From positions 704,001 to 768,000 of the forward strand of contig OZ253462.1 of NCBI GenBank assembly GCA_965261395.1: a stretch of DNA of 64,000 bases, read 5' to 3'. A model generated the notes under the pieces. The model was not told where the DNA came from, did not search any database, and saw only the letters and a list, made by a program, of their open reading frames with translations. Below, piece after piece: positions 28,351 through 38,193 of this stretch (its first letter is position 1; the number at the start of each line of letters is the position of its first letter). The DNA comes from Candidatus Latescibacterota bacterium (GTDB lineage Bacteria > Latescibacterota > UBA2968 > UBA8231). A program made the position numbers and the translations under genes.

Positions 28351-29280
28351 ATGTCTATGGAGTTTCCCAAACTCGACGACGCCCTGCGCCTTGAGCGCTT
28401 GAAGCCGCCGACAGGCAAGGTGCGGATGGTGCTCGACACCGATACGTACAACGAGATCGACGATCAGTTCGCAGTGGTCCAGACGCTGCTCTCGCCCGAC
28501 CAGCTCGCAGTCGAGGCGATCTACGCGGCACCTTTCTATAACAGTCGTTCGTCCGGGCCGGGCGACGGGATGGAGAAAAGCTACGAGGAAATCCTGCGGC
28601 TATTGGAGCGTTTGGATATTGCGCCGGAAGGATTGGTGTTCCGGGGAGCGACGGATGTGCTGCGGGACGGCGCACCGCAGAAAAGCGCAGCGGTCGATGA
28701 CCTGATCGCCAAGGCCCAAACCGCCGACCCGCTCTACGTGGTGGCCATCGGCGCGCTCACCAACGTGGCTTCGGCTATGCTGCAAGATCCTTCCATAATC
28801 GAGCGAATCGTCGTGGTCTGGCTCGGCGGCCACGCGCACTACTGGCCGACGGCTAACGAATTCAACCTCCAAGGCGATCTCGTAGCATCGCAAGTAGTCT
28901 TCGACAGCGGCGTGCCCTTAGTCCAGATCCCATGCCACCCGGTGGCCTCGCACCTGCTGACGACGCTGGCGGAGCTGGAGCGCTTCGTCAAGGGGCGAGG
29001 GGCGATAGGCGACTATCTGGTCGAGATCTTCGCCGCCTATTCCCAAAACCACTTCGCCGCTTCCAAGGTGATCTGGGACATGTCGGCGGTCGCTTGGCTG
29101 CTCGACGCATCGTGGGTGCCGACCGACGTGGTGCATAGCCCGGTATTGACCGAGCAGAAGACTTGGAGCCACGATCCGTCGCGGCACTTTATCCGGGTGG
29201 CGCAGACGGTGCGGCGCGATGCGATTTTCGGGGATTTCTTCGAGAAACTGGAGAGGTGGGTGGGGAAGCTCGAAGCATAG
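28351..29280 (+). CDS. Nucleoside hydrolase (IUNH family)
   Basis: VLDTDTYNEIDDQFA, AIGALTNVA, EFNL and VIWD. Confidence 0.9.
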   Translation: MSMEFPKLDDALRLERLKPPTGKVRMVLDTDTYNEIDDQFAVVQTLLSPDQLAVEAIYAAPFYNSRSSGPGDGMEKSYEEILRLLERLDIAPEGLVFRGATDVLRDGAPQKSAAVDDLIAKAQTADPLYVVAIGALTNVASAMLQDPSIIERIVVVWLGGHAHYWPTANEFNLQGDLVASQVVFDSGVPLVQIPCHPVASHLLTTLAELERFVKGRGAIGDYLVEIFAAYSQNHFAASKVIWDMSAVAWLLDASWVPTDVVHSPVLTEQKTWSHDPSRHFIRVAQTVRRDAIFGDFFEKLERWVGKLEA

Positions 29281-29333
29281 AAGGGCAATGGTCAATCATT
29301 GCGCCGGAGCTAGTCGATTAGTAGCATACTTCC

Positions 29334-31832
29334 ATGGCCACCGTCGTCCTCACCGAAAAGCCCAGTGTGGCGCGCGATATTGCCCGGGTCCTAGGGGCCA
29401 ACAAGCGCGGCCAAGGCTATGTCGAAGGCAGCGGCTATATCGTCACCTGGGCACTAGGGCACCTCGTGCAATTCGCCGAGCCAGACGATTACGGCCCGCC
29501 TTGGAACAGCCGCTGGTCCTTTGCCCAGCTACCGATGATCCCCGAGCAGTGGAAGCTCAAGACGACGCGCTCGACCTCCGACCAGTACCAAATCGTCAAA
29601 AAATTGCTCAACAGCCCGCAGACGGAGCGCGTCATCTGTGCTACGGACGCCGGGCGCGAGGGCGAGCACATCTTTCGCCTGATCTACGAACATGCCCGCT
29701 GCAAAAAGCCGTTTAGCAGGCTGTGGGTTTCGAGCCTGACCGACGAGGCAATTCAGGGCGGCTTCCGCGCCTTGCAGGAGGGAGCGGCCTTCGATCCTCT
29801 CGCTGCGGCCGCACGGGCGCGCGGCCAAGCCGACTGGATAATGGGCATGAACCTGACCCGCGCCTATACCGTCCACAACAAGGTGCTCTGCACCATCGGC
29901 CGAGTGCAGACGCCGACCCTGTCCTTGGTAGTCAAGCGCGATGCGGCAATTGCCAGTTTTGTAAAGGCGTACTTTTATGAGTTGGTGGCGCAGTTAGAAG
30001 AGGGCTTTGCCGTCAAGTACTGCAAGGATGGCCAGACGCGCATCGACAAGAAGGAGGAAGCCGATCGCCTGCATCGCCAGCTCAGCCCCAACAAGGTCGG
30101 CACCGTCCGCAAAGTTGAGAAGAAAGTCAAAAAAAATCGGCCACCCGCCCTCTACGACCTCAACAACCTCCAGCGCGACGCCAACCGCTACTTTGGCTTT
30201 ACCGCGGCGCAAACCCTCGAACGCGCCCAAGCCCTGTACGAAACCCACAAGCTCATCACCTACCCGCGCACCGAGAGCCGTCACATCTCCGAGGACATGG
30301 TGCCCAAGCTGCCTGGCATCTTGGAAAAGCTAGCGCACCCTCAGGCAGCGGCTGCACTGGCGCGCCTGCGCGGCGGGCACCGGCTCGGCAAGGCGTATGT
30401 CGATCGCACCAAACTCACCGATCACCACGCCATTATTCCCACCGGGCAGCAGCCCGCCCCCAATCTCGCACCGGACCTACAAAAGGTGTACGACTTGGTG
30501 GTGGCGCGCTTTGTCGGCATTTTCCTGTCCGACCAAGTGGTCGAGGAGACGACCGTCTTGCTCGACATCGGCGGTGCCGACTTTGTGGCCAAAGGCTCTG
30601 TCGTCTTAGAGGCAGGTTGGACGGTGGTCGCCATGCGGCCTCCAAACGCTGCAAAGGGCAAAGAGAAAGACGACGACCACCAGCGACAGGTGCTCCCGCC
30701 GTTGCAACAAGGTCAGCAAGTTCACGTAACGCGCATGGATGTGGTCGAGAAAGAAACCCAGCCGCCCCGGCCGTACAACGACGCCACGCTGCTAGCGGCG
30801 ATGAAGAACGCCGGCCGCGAAATCGAGGACGATGAGTTGGCCGCGGCCATGAAGGAATCGGGGCTGGGCACGCCGGCCACGAGGGCCGAGACCATTGAGA
30901 AGTTGATCCGTACCGGCTATGTAGTCCGCGACCGCAAGGCGATCACCTCGACGGAGAAGGGCAAAGCACTGGTGGGTTTGGTGGCCGAACCGCTGCGTAG
31001 CCCGGAGTTAACGGCCGAATGGGAGCAGCAACTCAAGGAAGTCGAAGAAGGACAGCGGCCGGTGGCGGGTTTCTACGAAGGGATCGCCGACTTGGTGAAG
31101 ACGCTGGTGCCCAAGGTCCAGCAGGGGCCGGCGCTCTCGCCCGAGCAAGCGGCGCAGGCACAAGACAAGAAGACGGGGAAGGGGAAGGGCCGCGGCAAGG
31201 TGTTAGGGCCTTGTCCCAAGTGCAAAGAGGGCCAAGTAGTAGAAAACACCAAGGCGTATGGATGCAGCCGCTACCGGGAGGGCTGCAACCTGACTATCTG
31301 GAAGACGGTGGCACGCAAGAAACTGACCGAAAAGCAGGCGCAGTTGTTGATGGCCAACGGCCGCACTGAAAAGATGCAGGGCTTTATCTCCAAGGCCGGT
31401 AAGAAATTTGAAGCGCGGCTCAAATTCGACGATGAATTCAAGGTCGTCTTCGAGTTTGATGATCAGCCGCGGAATGGCTCCTCTAAGTCGGAACGACGCC
31501 CCTCAGTCCAAGAGGAGCCGCCAGCGGAGTCTACCCGACCCGCCGCCGACCCATCGGCCGCCCTCACCTGCCCCAAGTGCCAGCAGGGCCAAATAATCGA
31601 GGGCCAGCGCGGCTTTGGCTGCAATCGCTATCGCCAAGGGTGCGACTTTGTGGTGTGGAAGGAAATGGCGGGCAAGAAGCTAACGGAACGGCAGATACAG
31701 ACCTTGATCGCCAAAGGCAAAACCGGGATAATCAAGGGCTTCAAAAGCAAAAAGGGCAGCAAATTCGACGCGCGGTTGAAGCTCGGGCCGGAGTGCAAGG
31801 CTGCGTTTGATTTTCCCGCCGCTGCACGCTGA
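29334..31832 (+). CDS. topB: DNA topoisomerase III with two C-terminal Zn-ribbon/Crpt repeats
   Basis: TEKPSVARDIA, WALGHL, CATDAGREGE, GRVQTPTL, catalytic ITYPRT and GLGTPATRA. Two CPKC..GC..Y..GC.. repeats follow. Confidence 0.95.
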   Translation: MATVVLTEKPSVARDIARVLGANKRGQGYVEGSGYIVTWALGHLVQFAEPDDYGPPWNSRWSFAQLPMIPEQWKLKTTRSTSDQYQIVKKLLNSPQTERVICATDAGREGEHIFRLIYEHARCKKPFSRLWVSSLTDEAIQGGFRALQEGAAFDPLAAAARARGQADWIMGMNLTRAYTVHNKVLCTIGRVQTPTLSLVVKRDAAIASFVKAYFYELVAQLEEGFAVKYCKDGQTRIDKKEEADRLHRQLSPNKVGTVRKVEKKVKKNRPPALYDLNNLQRDANRYFGFTAAQTLERAQALYETHKLITYPRTESRHISEDMVPKLPGILEKLAHPQAAAALARLRGGHRLGKAYVDRTKLTDHHAIIPTGQQPAPNLAPDLQKVYDLVVARFVGIFLSDQVVEETTVLLDIGGADFVAKGSVVLEAGWTVVAMRPPNAAKGKEKDDDHQRQVLPPLQQGQQVHVTRMDVVEKETQPPRPYNDATLLAAMKNAGREIEDDELAAAMKESGLGTPATRAETIEKLIRTGYVVRDRKAITSTEKGKALVGLVAEPLRSPELTAEWEQQLKEVEEGQRPVAGFYEGIADLVKTLVPKVQQGPALSPEQAAQAQDKKTGKGKGRGKVLGPCPKCKEGQVVENTKAYGCSRYREGCNLTIWKTVARKKLTEKQAQLLMANGRTEKMQGFISKAGKKFEARLKFDDEFKVVFEFDDQPRNGSSKSERRPSVQEEPPAESTRPAADPSAALTCPKCQQGQIIEGQRGFGCNRYRQGCDFVVWKEMAGKKLTERQIQTLIAKGKTGIIKGFKSKKGSKFDARLKLGPECKAAFDFPAAAR

Positions 31833-31833
31833 T

Positions 31834-32412
31834 ATGGCTCTCCAACGCTGCCCGTGGCTCGACCTCGACAAACCCGATTACGTCGCTTACCACGACCGCG
31901 AGTGGGGTGTCCCGGTCCACGATGACCGCAAGCACTTCGAGTTTCTCACCCTCGAATCCGCTCAAGCCGGCCTCAGTTGGTACACCGTCCTCCGCAAGCG
32001 TGCCAACTACCGCAAAGCCTTCGCCGAATTCGACCCTGCCGCGGTCGCTCGCTTCAGCGCGGCCAAGGTCGAACAGATGCTCCAAGACCCCGGGTTGATT
32101 CGCAATCGCCGCAAGATCGGCGCGGCTGTGGAAAACGCTCGGCACTTCCTCGCCGTACAGGACGAATTCGGCAGTTTCAGCGCCTATATTTGGCGTTTTG
32201 TCGATGGCAAGCCCATAGTCAACGAGTGGCGCACCCTCGCCGATTTACCAGCCACCAGCCGCGAATCCGACGCCCTGAGCAAAGACCTCAAAAGCCGCGG
32301 CTTCAAGTTCATCGGCTCGATTGTCATCTACTCCCACATGCAGGCCACCGGCATGTTCAACGATCACGCGCTCGACTGCTTCCGCCGCGACCAGCTCCTC
32401 AGCGCGGGATAG
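31834..32412 (+). CDS. tag: DNA-3-methyladenine glycosylase I
   Basis: RCPW, YHDREWG, LESAQAGLSW, IRNRRKI, LSKDLKSRGFKF and NDH..C. Confidence 0.95.
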   Translation: MALQRCPWLDLDKPDYVAYHDREWGVPVHDDRKHFEFLTLESAQAGLSWYTVLRKRANYRKAFAEFDPAAVARFSAAKVEQMLQDPGLIRNRRKIGAAVENARHFLAVQDEFGSFSAYIWRFVDGKPIVNEWRTLADLPATSRESDALSKDLKSRGFKFIGSIVIYSHMQATGMFNDHALDCFRRDQLLSAG

Positions 32413-32441
32413 GCACCCGCACACTCCACAGGAGAGTTCCC

Positions 32442-33239
32442 ATGCTCAGCAACGAACAATACCAGCACTTTCAGACCTTTGGCTTTGTCATCCTGCGCCA
32501 ATTCTTTACCGCCGACGAAATGGCCACCTTGCGCGAAGAGTTTGAAACGGGTCTCAACCTCGCTTATGGACACCGCCCCTTCGACGGCTCTGAGCGCCAT
32601 TGGGTGCCGCAAATGGGGCCGAGTACCCCCTTGTACGCCAGCTTGCTAGAGGACGAGCGCTTCTGGTCGATTGCCGCGCAGCTCTACGGCGAAGATGCCT
32701 TTGCCGTGGGCGTGGATGCCAACCGCTACGTCGGCGACACTCGCTGGCACCCCGACCACCGCGTCGATCCCACCCAAGACTGCTACGGAATCAAGTTTGC
32801 CTTCTATCTCGATCCAGTCGGCCCAGATACAGGTGCCCTGCGCCTCGTGCCCAGCTCGCACAAAAACCCGCTGCACGACGACCTGCGAGCATACATTCAG
32901 GACCAAGGCATGGAACTGGCGGACATCCCCTCGTACACCTGTTCCTCCGAGCCGGGCGACGTCGTCGCCTTTGACGTCCGCTGCTGGCACTCCAGCTCTG
33001 GTGGGCAGCAGGGACGCCGTATGAGTACCTGCGTGTACTACAAAAACCCCGAGACCCCGGAGCAAGAACAAGCGGCCCGGCAACGCGCCCAAAGCAGCCA
33101 CCAAGCACCCGCGCAATACCACCGCCCCGGCGACCCGCTCTTCCACCCCCATTGGATCGCCAATCACTCGGCCAGCCCCTTGCGCCAACGCTGGATCGAA
33201 CGGTTAGACGATCTCGGATTTTTGCATCCAGCGGCCTGA
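32442..33239 (+). CDS. PhyH-family Fe(II)/2OG dioxygenase
   Basis: Start MLSNEQ after AGGAG. FQTFGFVIL, WHPD, GALRLVPSSH and PGDVVAFDVRCWHSS. Confidence 0.85.
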   Translation: MLSNEQYQHFQTFGFVILRQFFTADEMATLREEFETGLNLAYGHRPFDGSERHWVPQMGPSTPLYASLLEDERFWSIAAQLYGEDAFAVGVDANRYVGDTRWHPDHRVDPTQDCYGIKFAFYLDPVGPDTGALRLVPSSHKNPLHDDLRAYIQDQGMELADIPSYTCSSEPGDVVAFDVRCWHSSSGGQQGRRMSTCVYYKNPETPEQEQAARQRAQSSHQAPAQYHRPGDPLFHPHWIANHSASPLRQRWIERLDDLGFLHPAA

Positions 33240-33310
33240 AAAATTGTCAAACTAGCGCCGCTTGCGTACCGTTTCCGACCCGGCCCTTTCACCCCACCAA
33301 GGAGCCTCTC

Positions 33311-34309
33311 ATGCACGTCGGCACCCAGCAGTTCAATACATCGGACGAAGACCTCGAATATCTGGCCCGCCATGGGGTCTTCAACAAGAACGAAAACTTC
33401 ATCGCGTTCCACCGCGAATACGGTTGGGACGTCGAAGAGTTGGTCGCCAAGAAGGAGAAGTGCACTCGCTTTGGCATCAATCTGGAAATGGTCGCCCTGC
33501 CCATGGCCCAGTTCAACATCAACGGCGATAGCGTGCCCAACTTCATGATGGGCAACTACGAAGAGGGCGACAAAGAGATCGAACTGGTCATCAACATGGT
33601 GCGGCAGGCGGCCGAAGCCGGCATCCCAGCCATCAAATACTATCTCTGCGCCCTCGAAAACCAGCGCACCGAAAGCACGCCCCCCGGTCGCGGTGGCTCC
33701 ATGTACAGCACTTGGGACCTCGAAAAGGCCGACGCTGATACGCCGCGCTACGACAAACCAGTCACCGCAGAGGAAAACTGGCGTCGCATCACGTATTTCT
33801 TGGAGCGGGTCATCCCGGTCGCCACTGAGTGCAAGGTCCGCATGGCCTGCCATCCCTGCGACCCGTGGCTGCCGCCCGGCTATAAGGGCGTTGATCGCGT
33901 GATGGGCGGCTTTGACGGCTTCAAGCAGTTTATCGAGATCTGCCCTAGCCCCTACCACGGCGTCAATCTCTGCTTGGGCTGCATGGCCGAGAGCGTCGAA
34001 GATCCGCTCAACGAGGTGCCCGACATCATCCGCTACTTAGGCTCGCGCAACAAGATTTTCCTCTGCCACTTCCGCAACATCGTCGGTAAGCGCAACAAGT
34101 TCCAAGAGGTCTGGCCCGATGAGGGGGTGATGAACATGCACCGCAACATGCAAGCGCTCAAAGAAGTGGGCTACCAGCACATGTGCGTCCCGGATCACGC
34201 GCCCGGACACAAAGATCCCCACAGCTCGCGCCAGGCTTGGGCCTATGAGTTCGGCTATATACAGGCCATGATCCAGGCGGTGATGGACGAGAATGGAGCG
34301 AGCGCGTGA
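33311..34309 (+). CDS. uxuA: Mannonate dehydratase family protein
   Basis: Start after AAGGAG. NWRRITYFLERVIPVA, MACHPCDP, HFRN, EVWPDEG, PDHAP and GYIQAMI. Confidence 0.8.
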   Translation: MHVGTQQFNTSDEDLEYLARHGVFNKNENFIAFHREYGWDVEELVAKKEKCTRFGINLEMVALPMAQFNINGDSVPNFMMGNYEEGDKEIELVINMVRQAAEAGIPAIKYYLCALENQRTESTPPGRGGSMYSTWDLEKADADTPRYDKPVTAEENWRRITYFLERVIPVATECKVRMACHPCDPWLPPGYKGVDRVMGGFDGFKQFIEICPSPYHGVNLCLGCMAESVEDPLNEVPDIIRYLGSRNKIFLCHFRNIVGKRNKFQEVWPDEGVMNMHRNMQALKEVGYQHMCVPDHAPGHKDPHSSRQAWAYEFGYIQAMIQAVMDENGASA

Positions 34310-34325
34310 CCGTATTTTCGGCGTG

Positions 34326-34365
34326 GCACTCGGCAAGGGGCCACTGGCAGCCTCTTGCCGAGTGC
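34326..34365. repeat. Palindromic stem-loop downstream of uxuA (terminator or REP-like)
   Basis: A perfect 12-bp stem, GCACTCGGCAAG / CTTGCCGAGTGC, with no clear U-tract. Confidence 0.5.
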
Positions 34366-34575
34366 GCTACCGCTCTATGGAGGAATTTTACGCGGCTTGG
34401 CAGCAGGCGAGGCGGCTAGGGAGCAGATGATAGGTTCCGTCTGCTGTACCCTTTAGGTACCAACGCCGTACCGCCTAGTTCCCATTCTGCATTTCAACAT
34501 CTCTACCGGCCTCAGAGCACATCCCGCTGGCACGGTTCTTGTTTCCTTCTGCTAGTCTCAACGGAAAGGAACCGC

Positions 34576-36102
34576 ATGCCCTCCACCGTCCTCTCGGCCG
34601 CTACGCTCGGAATTGACGCGTACCCGGTCCACGTCGAAGTCGATACCGACCGCAGCTTACCGACCTTCACGGTCGTCGGCCTGCCCGACTCCGTGGTGCG
34701 CGAAAGCAAGGAGCGCGTCTTAGCGGCCATCAAAAACGCCGGCTATCAGTGGCCGCGCCGCAAGATCACCATCAATCTCGCGCCAGCCGATCGCAAGAAA
34801 GAAGGCTCGGCTTTCGACCTGCCCATAGCCGTCGGCGTCTTGGCGGCCTCCCAGCAGATCAAGCCCGTGTGTCTCGCCGAGTTCGCGCTCTTGGGCGAGC
34901 TCTCGCTCAACGGCAGCGTGCGCCCGGTGCACGGCATGCTTTCCATGGCCACATCCCTGCACCAGCAGGGCCTCTACGGCATGATCGTACCGACGCAAAA
35001 CGCCCGCGAGGCCGCCATTGCCAATGGGCCGCTCATCTATGGCGTCAGTTCACTAAACGAAGCTCTAGCTATTCTGACCGGCGACGCGCGTCAACGGCCC
35101 TACGAATTGAACGTGGAGGAGCTATTTAGCAGCAACGCCAACTACGGGGTTGATTTTGCGGAAGTGCGCGGCCAAGATCACGCCAAGCGCGCCCTCGAAG
35201 TCGCCGCCAGTGGGGGGCACAATTTGCTCATGGTCGGGCCGCCTGGGTCGGGCAAGACCATGCTCGCCCGCCGCCTACCCACGATCCTCCCGGCACCGAC
35301 CCTGCGAGAGGCGCTCGCCACCACCAAGATTCATTCGGTCGCCGGGATTCTTGCCCCAGGCCAAGCCCTAGTCGCCACCCGGCCCTTCCGCGCCCCGCAC
35401 CACACCATCTCGGACGCCGGTCTCATCGGCGGCGGCGCGTATCCCCGCCCGGGCGAGGTGTCGCTCTCCCACCACGGCGTGCTCTTTCTAGACGAACTGC
35501 CCGAGTTCCGCCGCAACGTCGTCGAGGCCCTGCGTCAGCCGCTCGAAGACCACACCGTCACCATCACGCGGGCGCAGATCTCGCTCGCCTATCCGGCGGA
35601 CTTTACCCTCGTCGCGGCGATGAATCCCTGCCCTTGCGGCTACCTTGCGGACGCCCGCCACACCTGCACCTGCTCCCCGGCCGCAATCCGCCGCTATCGC
35701 GCGCGCGTTTCCGGGCCGCTGCTCGACCGCATCGACATCCACATCGAAGTGCCAGCCCTCGCCTACGACGACTTGGCCAACAAGCAAGGCGGCGAAAGCT
35801 CAGCGCAAATCCTCCAGCGCGTCAACGACGCTCGCCAGCGGCAACTCGACCGCTTTGCCGGCGAGCTTTTCTGCAACGCCCATATGAGCACGCGGCACAT
35901 CCGCCGCCACTGCGCGCTCGACGACGCCGGGCAGGCCCTACTCGAAAAAGCCATGGCCCGCCTCGGCCTCTCGGCCCGGGCCTACGACCGCATCCTCAAA
36001 GTCGCCCGCACCATAGCCGACTTGGCCGACGCCCCCATCCAGTCGCAGCACCTAGCGGAAGCCATACAATATCGGGCACTTGATCGCAGCGGCCTTCTGT
36101 AG
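34576..36102 (+). CDS. comM: YifB/ComM Mg-chelatase-like AAA+ ATPase
   Basis: VGLPD..VRESKERV, INLAPAD.KKEGSAFDL, Walker A GPPGSGKT, RPFRAPHH, LFLDELPEF, AAMNPCPCG and LSARAYDRILKVARTIADL. Confidence 0.9.
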   Translation: MPSTVLSAATLGIDAYPVHVEVDTDRSLPTFTVVGLPDSVVRESKERVLAAIKNAGYQWPRRKITINLAPADRKKEGSAFDLPIAVGVLAASQQIKPVCLAEFALLGELSLNGSVRPVHGMLSMATSLHQQGLYGMIVPTQNAREAAIANGPLIYGVSSLNEALAILTGDARQRPYELNVEELFSSNANYGVDFAEVRGQDHAKRALEVAASGGHNLLMVGPPGSGKTMLARRLPTILPAPTLREALATTKIHSVAGILAPGQALVATRPFRAPHHTISDAGLIGGGAYPRPGEVSLSHHGVLFLDELPEFRRNVVEALRQPLEDHTVTITRAQISLAYPADFTLVAAMNPCPCGYLADARHTCTCSPAAIRRYRARVSGPLLDRIDIHIEVPALAYDDLANKQGGESSAQILQRVNDARQRQLDRFAGELFCNAHMSTRHIRRHCALDDAGQALLEKAMARLGLSARAYDRILKVARTIADLADAPIQSQHLAEAIQYRALDRSGLL

Positions 36103-36204
36103 CTGGAAACGCGGGCGGTCAGAGATGCCGACAACGTAGCGTATTAAACACCCGCGCTTCATATTTCTATCTAAATAGCCGCTCCCCACAAAAAGGAAAC
36201 GACC

Positions 36205-37134
36205 ATGGCCCCTAGTCCCGACTCGCGAATTCCCTGGTACACCCCCGTCGATCCGGTAACCGTAGAAAAGCACACCCCGGACAAACCCCACCAAGGCAAG
36301 GTGCTGGCCGCCATCCAAGCCCACGCCGACGATATTCCCCTCTTCTGCGCCGGCCTCGTCGCCAAGCTCATCGCCGAAGGCTACACGGCCTATTTGATCC
36401 AGACCACCAACGACGAGAAGTGCGGCCCGGGCACGATGGGCGAGACCATTCTCCAAAACGAGCGCGAAGTCGACGTGCTAGCCGGGGAGTTGGGCTTCAA
36501 ACAGGTCATCCACCTCGGCTACCGCAATCACTTCCTCGACGAAGCCGCCCCCACCGAGCTAAGGGCACGGCTGGTCTTTCTGATCCGCGCCCTCAAAATC
36601 GACACCATCACCACCTTCAGTCCTTGGGGCCATTGGGAGGAAAACCCCGATCACTACGTCACTGGCCAAGCCGTCGAAGCGGCCCGCTGGATGGCTGGTA
36701 TGGGCAAGGATTACCCCGAGCAGTTGGCCTGTGGGATGCAGCCGCACTCGGTTGGGGATCTCTACTATTGGGCGATGCGCCCCGGCCAGCCCTACAACAC
36801 CGTCGTCGATATAGCGCCTCATCTCGACGAAAAGGTCGCCGCCATGAGCGCCAACAAGGCCCAAGGTCCGGCGGGTGCCCACGGCCGTCGCCTCAAGGAA
36901 CGGCTAGCGCGCCAAGGCAAATATCTACCCGCCTTGGGCGACGACGACGAGGAAGCCGACCGCCAGTACATCCGCCTCTTTGGCTTGCAAGAATACCAAC
37001 GCCTCGGCGCGCCCTATGGCTTGGACTACGCCGAGGCGTTCTACTATATGCCCCCCGGCGGAACCTTTACCGGCGCAATGAGCACAGCGGAGATCGAGCG
37101 CTACATCGAAGAACACGCCGAGGACTTGGGCTGA
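36205..37134 (+). CDS. PIG-L/LmbE family deacetylase
   Basis: AIQAHADD metal motif and NPDH motif. AAAGGA RBS. Confidence 0.8.
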   Translation: MAPSPDSRIPWYTPVDPVTVEKHTPDKPHQGKVLAAIQAHADDIPLFCAGLVAKLIAEGYTAYLIQTTNDEKCGPGTMGETILQNEREVDVLAGELGFKQVIHLGYRNHFLDEAAPTELRARLVFLIRALKIDTITTFSPWGHWEENPDHYVTGQAVEAARWMAGMGKDYPEQLACGMQPHSVGDLYYWAMRPGQPYNTVVDIAPHLDEKVAAMSANKAQGPAGAHGRRLKERLARQGKYLPALGDDDEEADRQYIRLFGLQEYQRLGAPYGLDYAEAFYYMPPGGTFTGAMSTAEIERYIEEHAEDLG

Positions 37135-37245
37135 GAAGTGTGGGATCGCGCTGTTGCGGAACGGAGACGGAAACACGCCGAGCCGTTTACAGCTTGGTAA
37201 TGGTTTCTTTAATTTGCCCGCACAACTGATTGGGGAGGAACCGCG

Positions 37246-38130
37246 ATGAAACTCACGACGGAACAGATCGCAGAATTCAACACCCGCGGCGTCATCATCG
37301 CCCGCGAGGCACTAGCCCACGACGACTTGCAGCCGGTGATCAACGAGCTGTCGGCGTGGATTGACGCCCGCGCGCGGACGCTGCATGAGGAGGGCGAAAT
37401 AGCGGACCTGCACGAGGACGCCCCGTTTGCCACGCGCTACGGCTTGCTGTTCAAACAGTGCCCTGAGGCCGGGCGCGGCATGGACATTATGCACTATCGG
37501 GGCCGGGCGATGTTCGCCTTCCTCCGCAATGAAAACTTGCTCGACCTCATCGAATCCCTTTTGGGTCCTGAGCTGATCTGCAACCCCATCCAGCACCTAC
37601 GATCCAAGCCACCGCAAGCCTACGAAAACCGCGAAGGCCCCTCTTTCCACAACGCGCCCTGGCACCAAGACGCCGGCGTGATGATGCCAGAAGCCGAAGG
37701 CTCTGACGTCGTCACCTGCTGGCTGCCTTTGGCCGCAGCCACGGTAGAGACCGGCTGCATGGAGGTCTTGCCCGGCCTCGTCGAAACCGGCTATCTCCGG
37801 CATTTGGCGGCCGGCGGCACTACCATCGCCCCCGAGGCCATGCCCCAAATTGAACCCTTCCCCTTGGAGTGCAAGCGCGGCGACGTAGTGCTCATGAGCC
37901 GCTTTACGCCCCATCGCTCCACCCCCAATTACTCAGACCAATGCCGTTGGTCCCTCGACCTGCGCTATCAGCCCACTGGCGAGCACACCGGCCGCACCGG
38001 CCACCCCGACTTTGTCGCGCGCTCCCGCCGCGGTCCGTCCAGCGAACTGACCGACTACGAGGAATGGTGCCGCCTGTGGATTGACGCCTTTGATAATCCC
38101 CATGGCGTGGTCGCACACCGCGGGGAATAG
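37246..38130 (+). CDS. PhyH-family Fe(II)/2OG dioxygenase (close paralog of 27271-28242)
   Basis: NPIQHLR, WHQDAGV, TPHRSTPN and RWSLDLRYQP. GGAGG RBS. Confidence 0.9.
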   Translation: MKLTTEQIAEFNTRGVIIAREALAHDDLQPVINELSAWIDARARTLHEEGEIADLHEDAPFATRYGLLFKQCPEAGRGMDIMHYRGRAMFAFLRNENLLDLIESLLGPELICNPIQHLRSKPPQAYENREGPSFHNAPWHQDAGVMMPEAEGSDVVTCWLPLAAATVETGCMEVLPGLVETGYLRHLAAGGTTIAPEAMPQIEPFPLECKRGDVVLMSRFTPHRSTPNYSDQCRWSLDLRYQPTGEHTGRTGHPDFVARSRRGPSSELTDYEEWCRLWIDAFDNPHGVVAHRGE

Positions 38131-38193
38131 CGCGGCGCTACAAGCAAACTTGGCGAATGGCTGGCTGCGCTGAGCGATTGCAAGGAGACGACG

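Noticed and set aside
31195-31820. Internal sequence repeat in topB
   Set aside because: It is the ordinary duplicated C-terminal Zn-ribbon/Crpt module of topoisomerase III.
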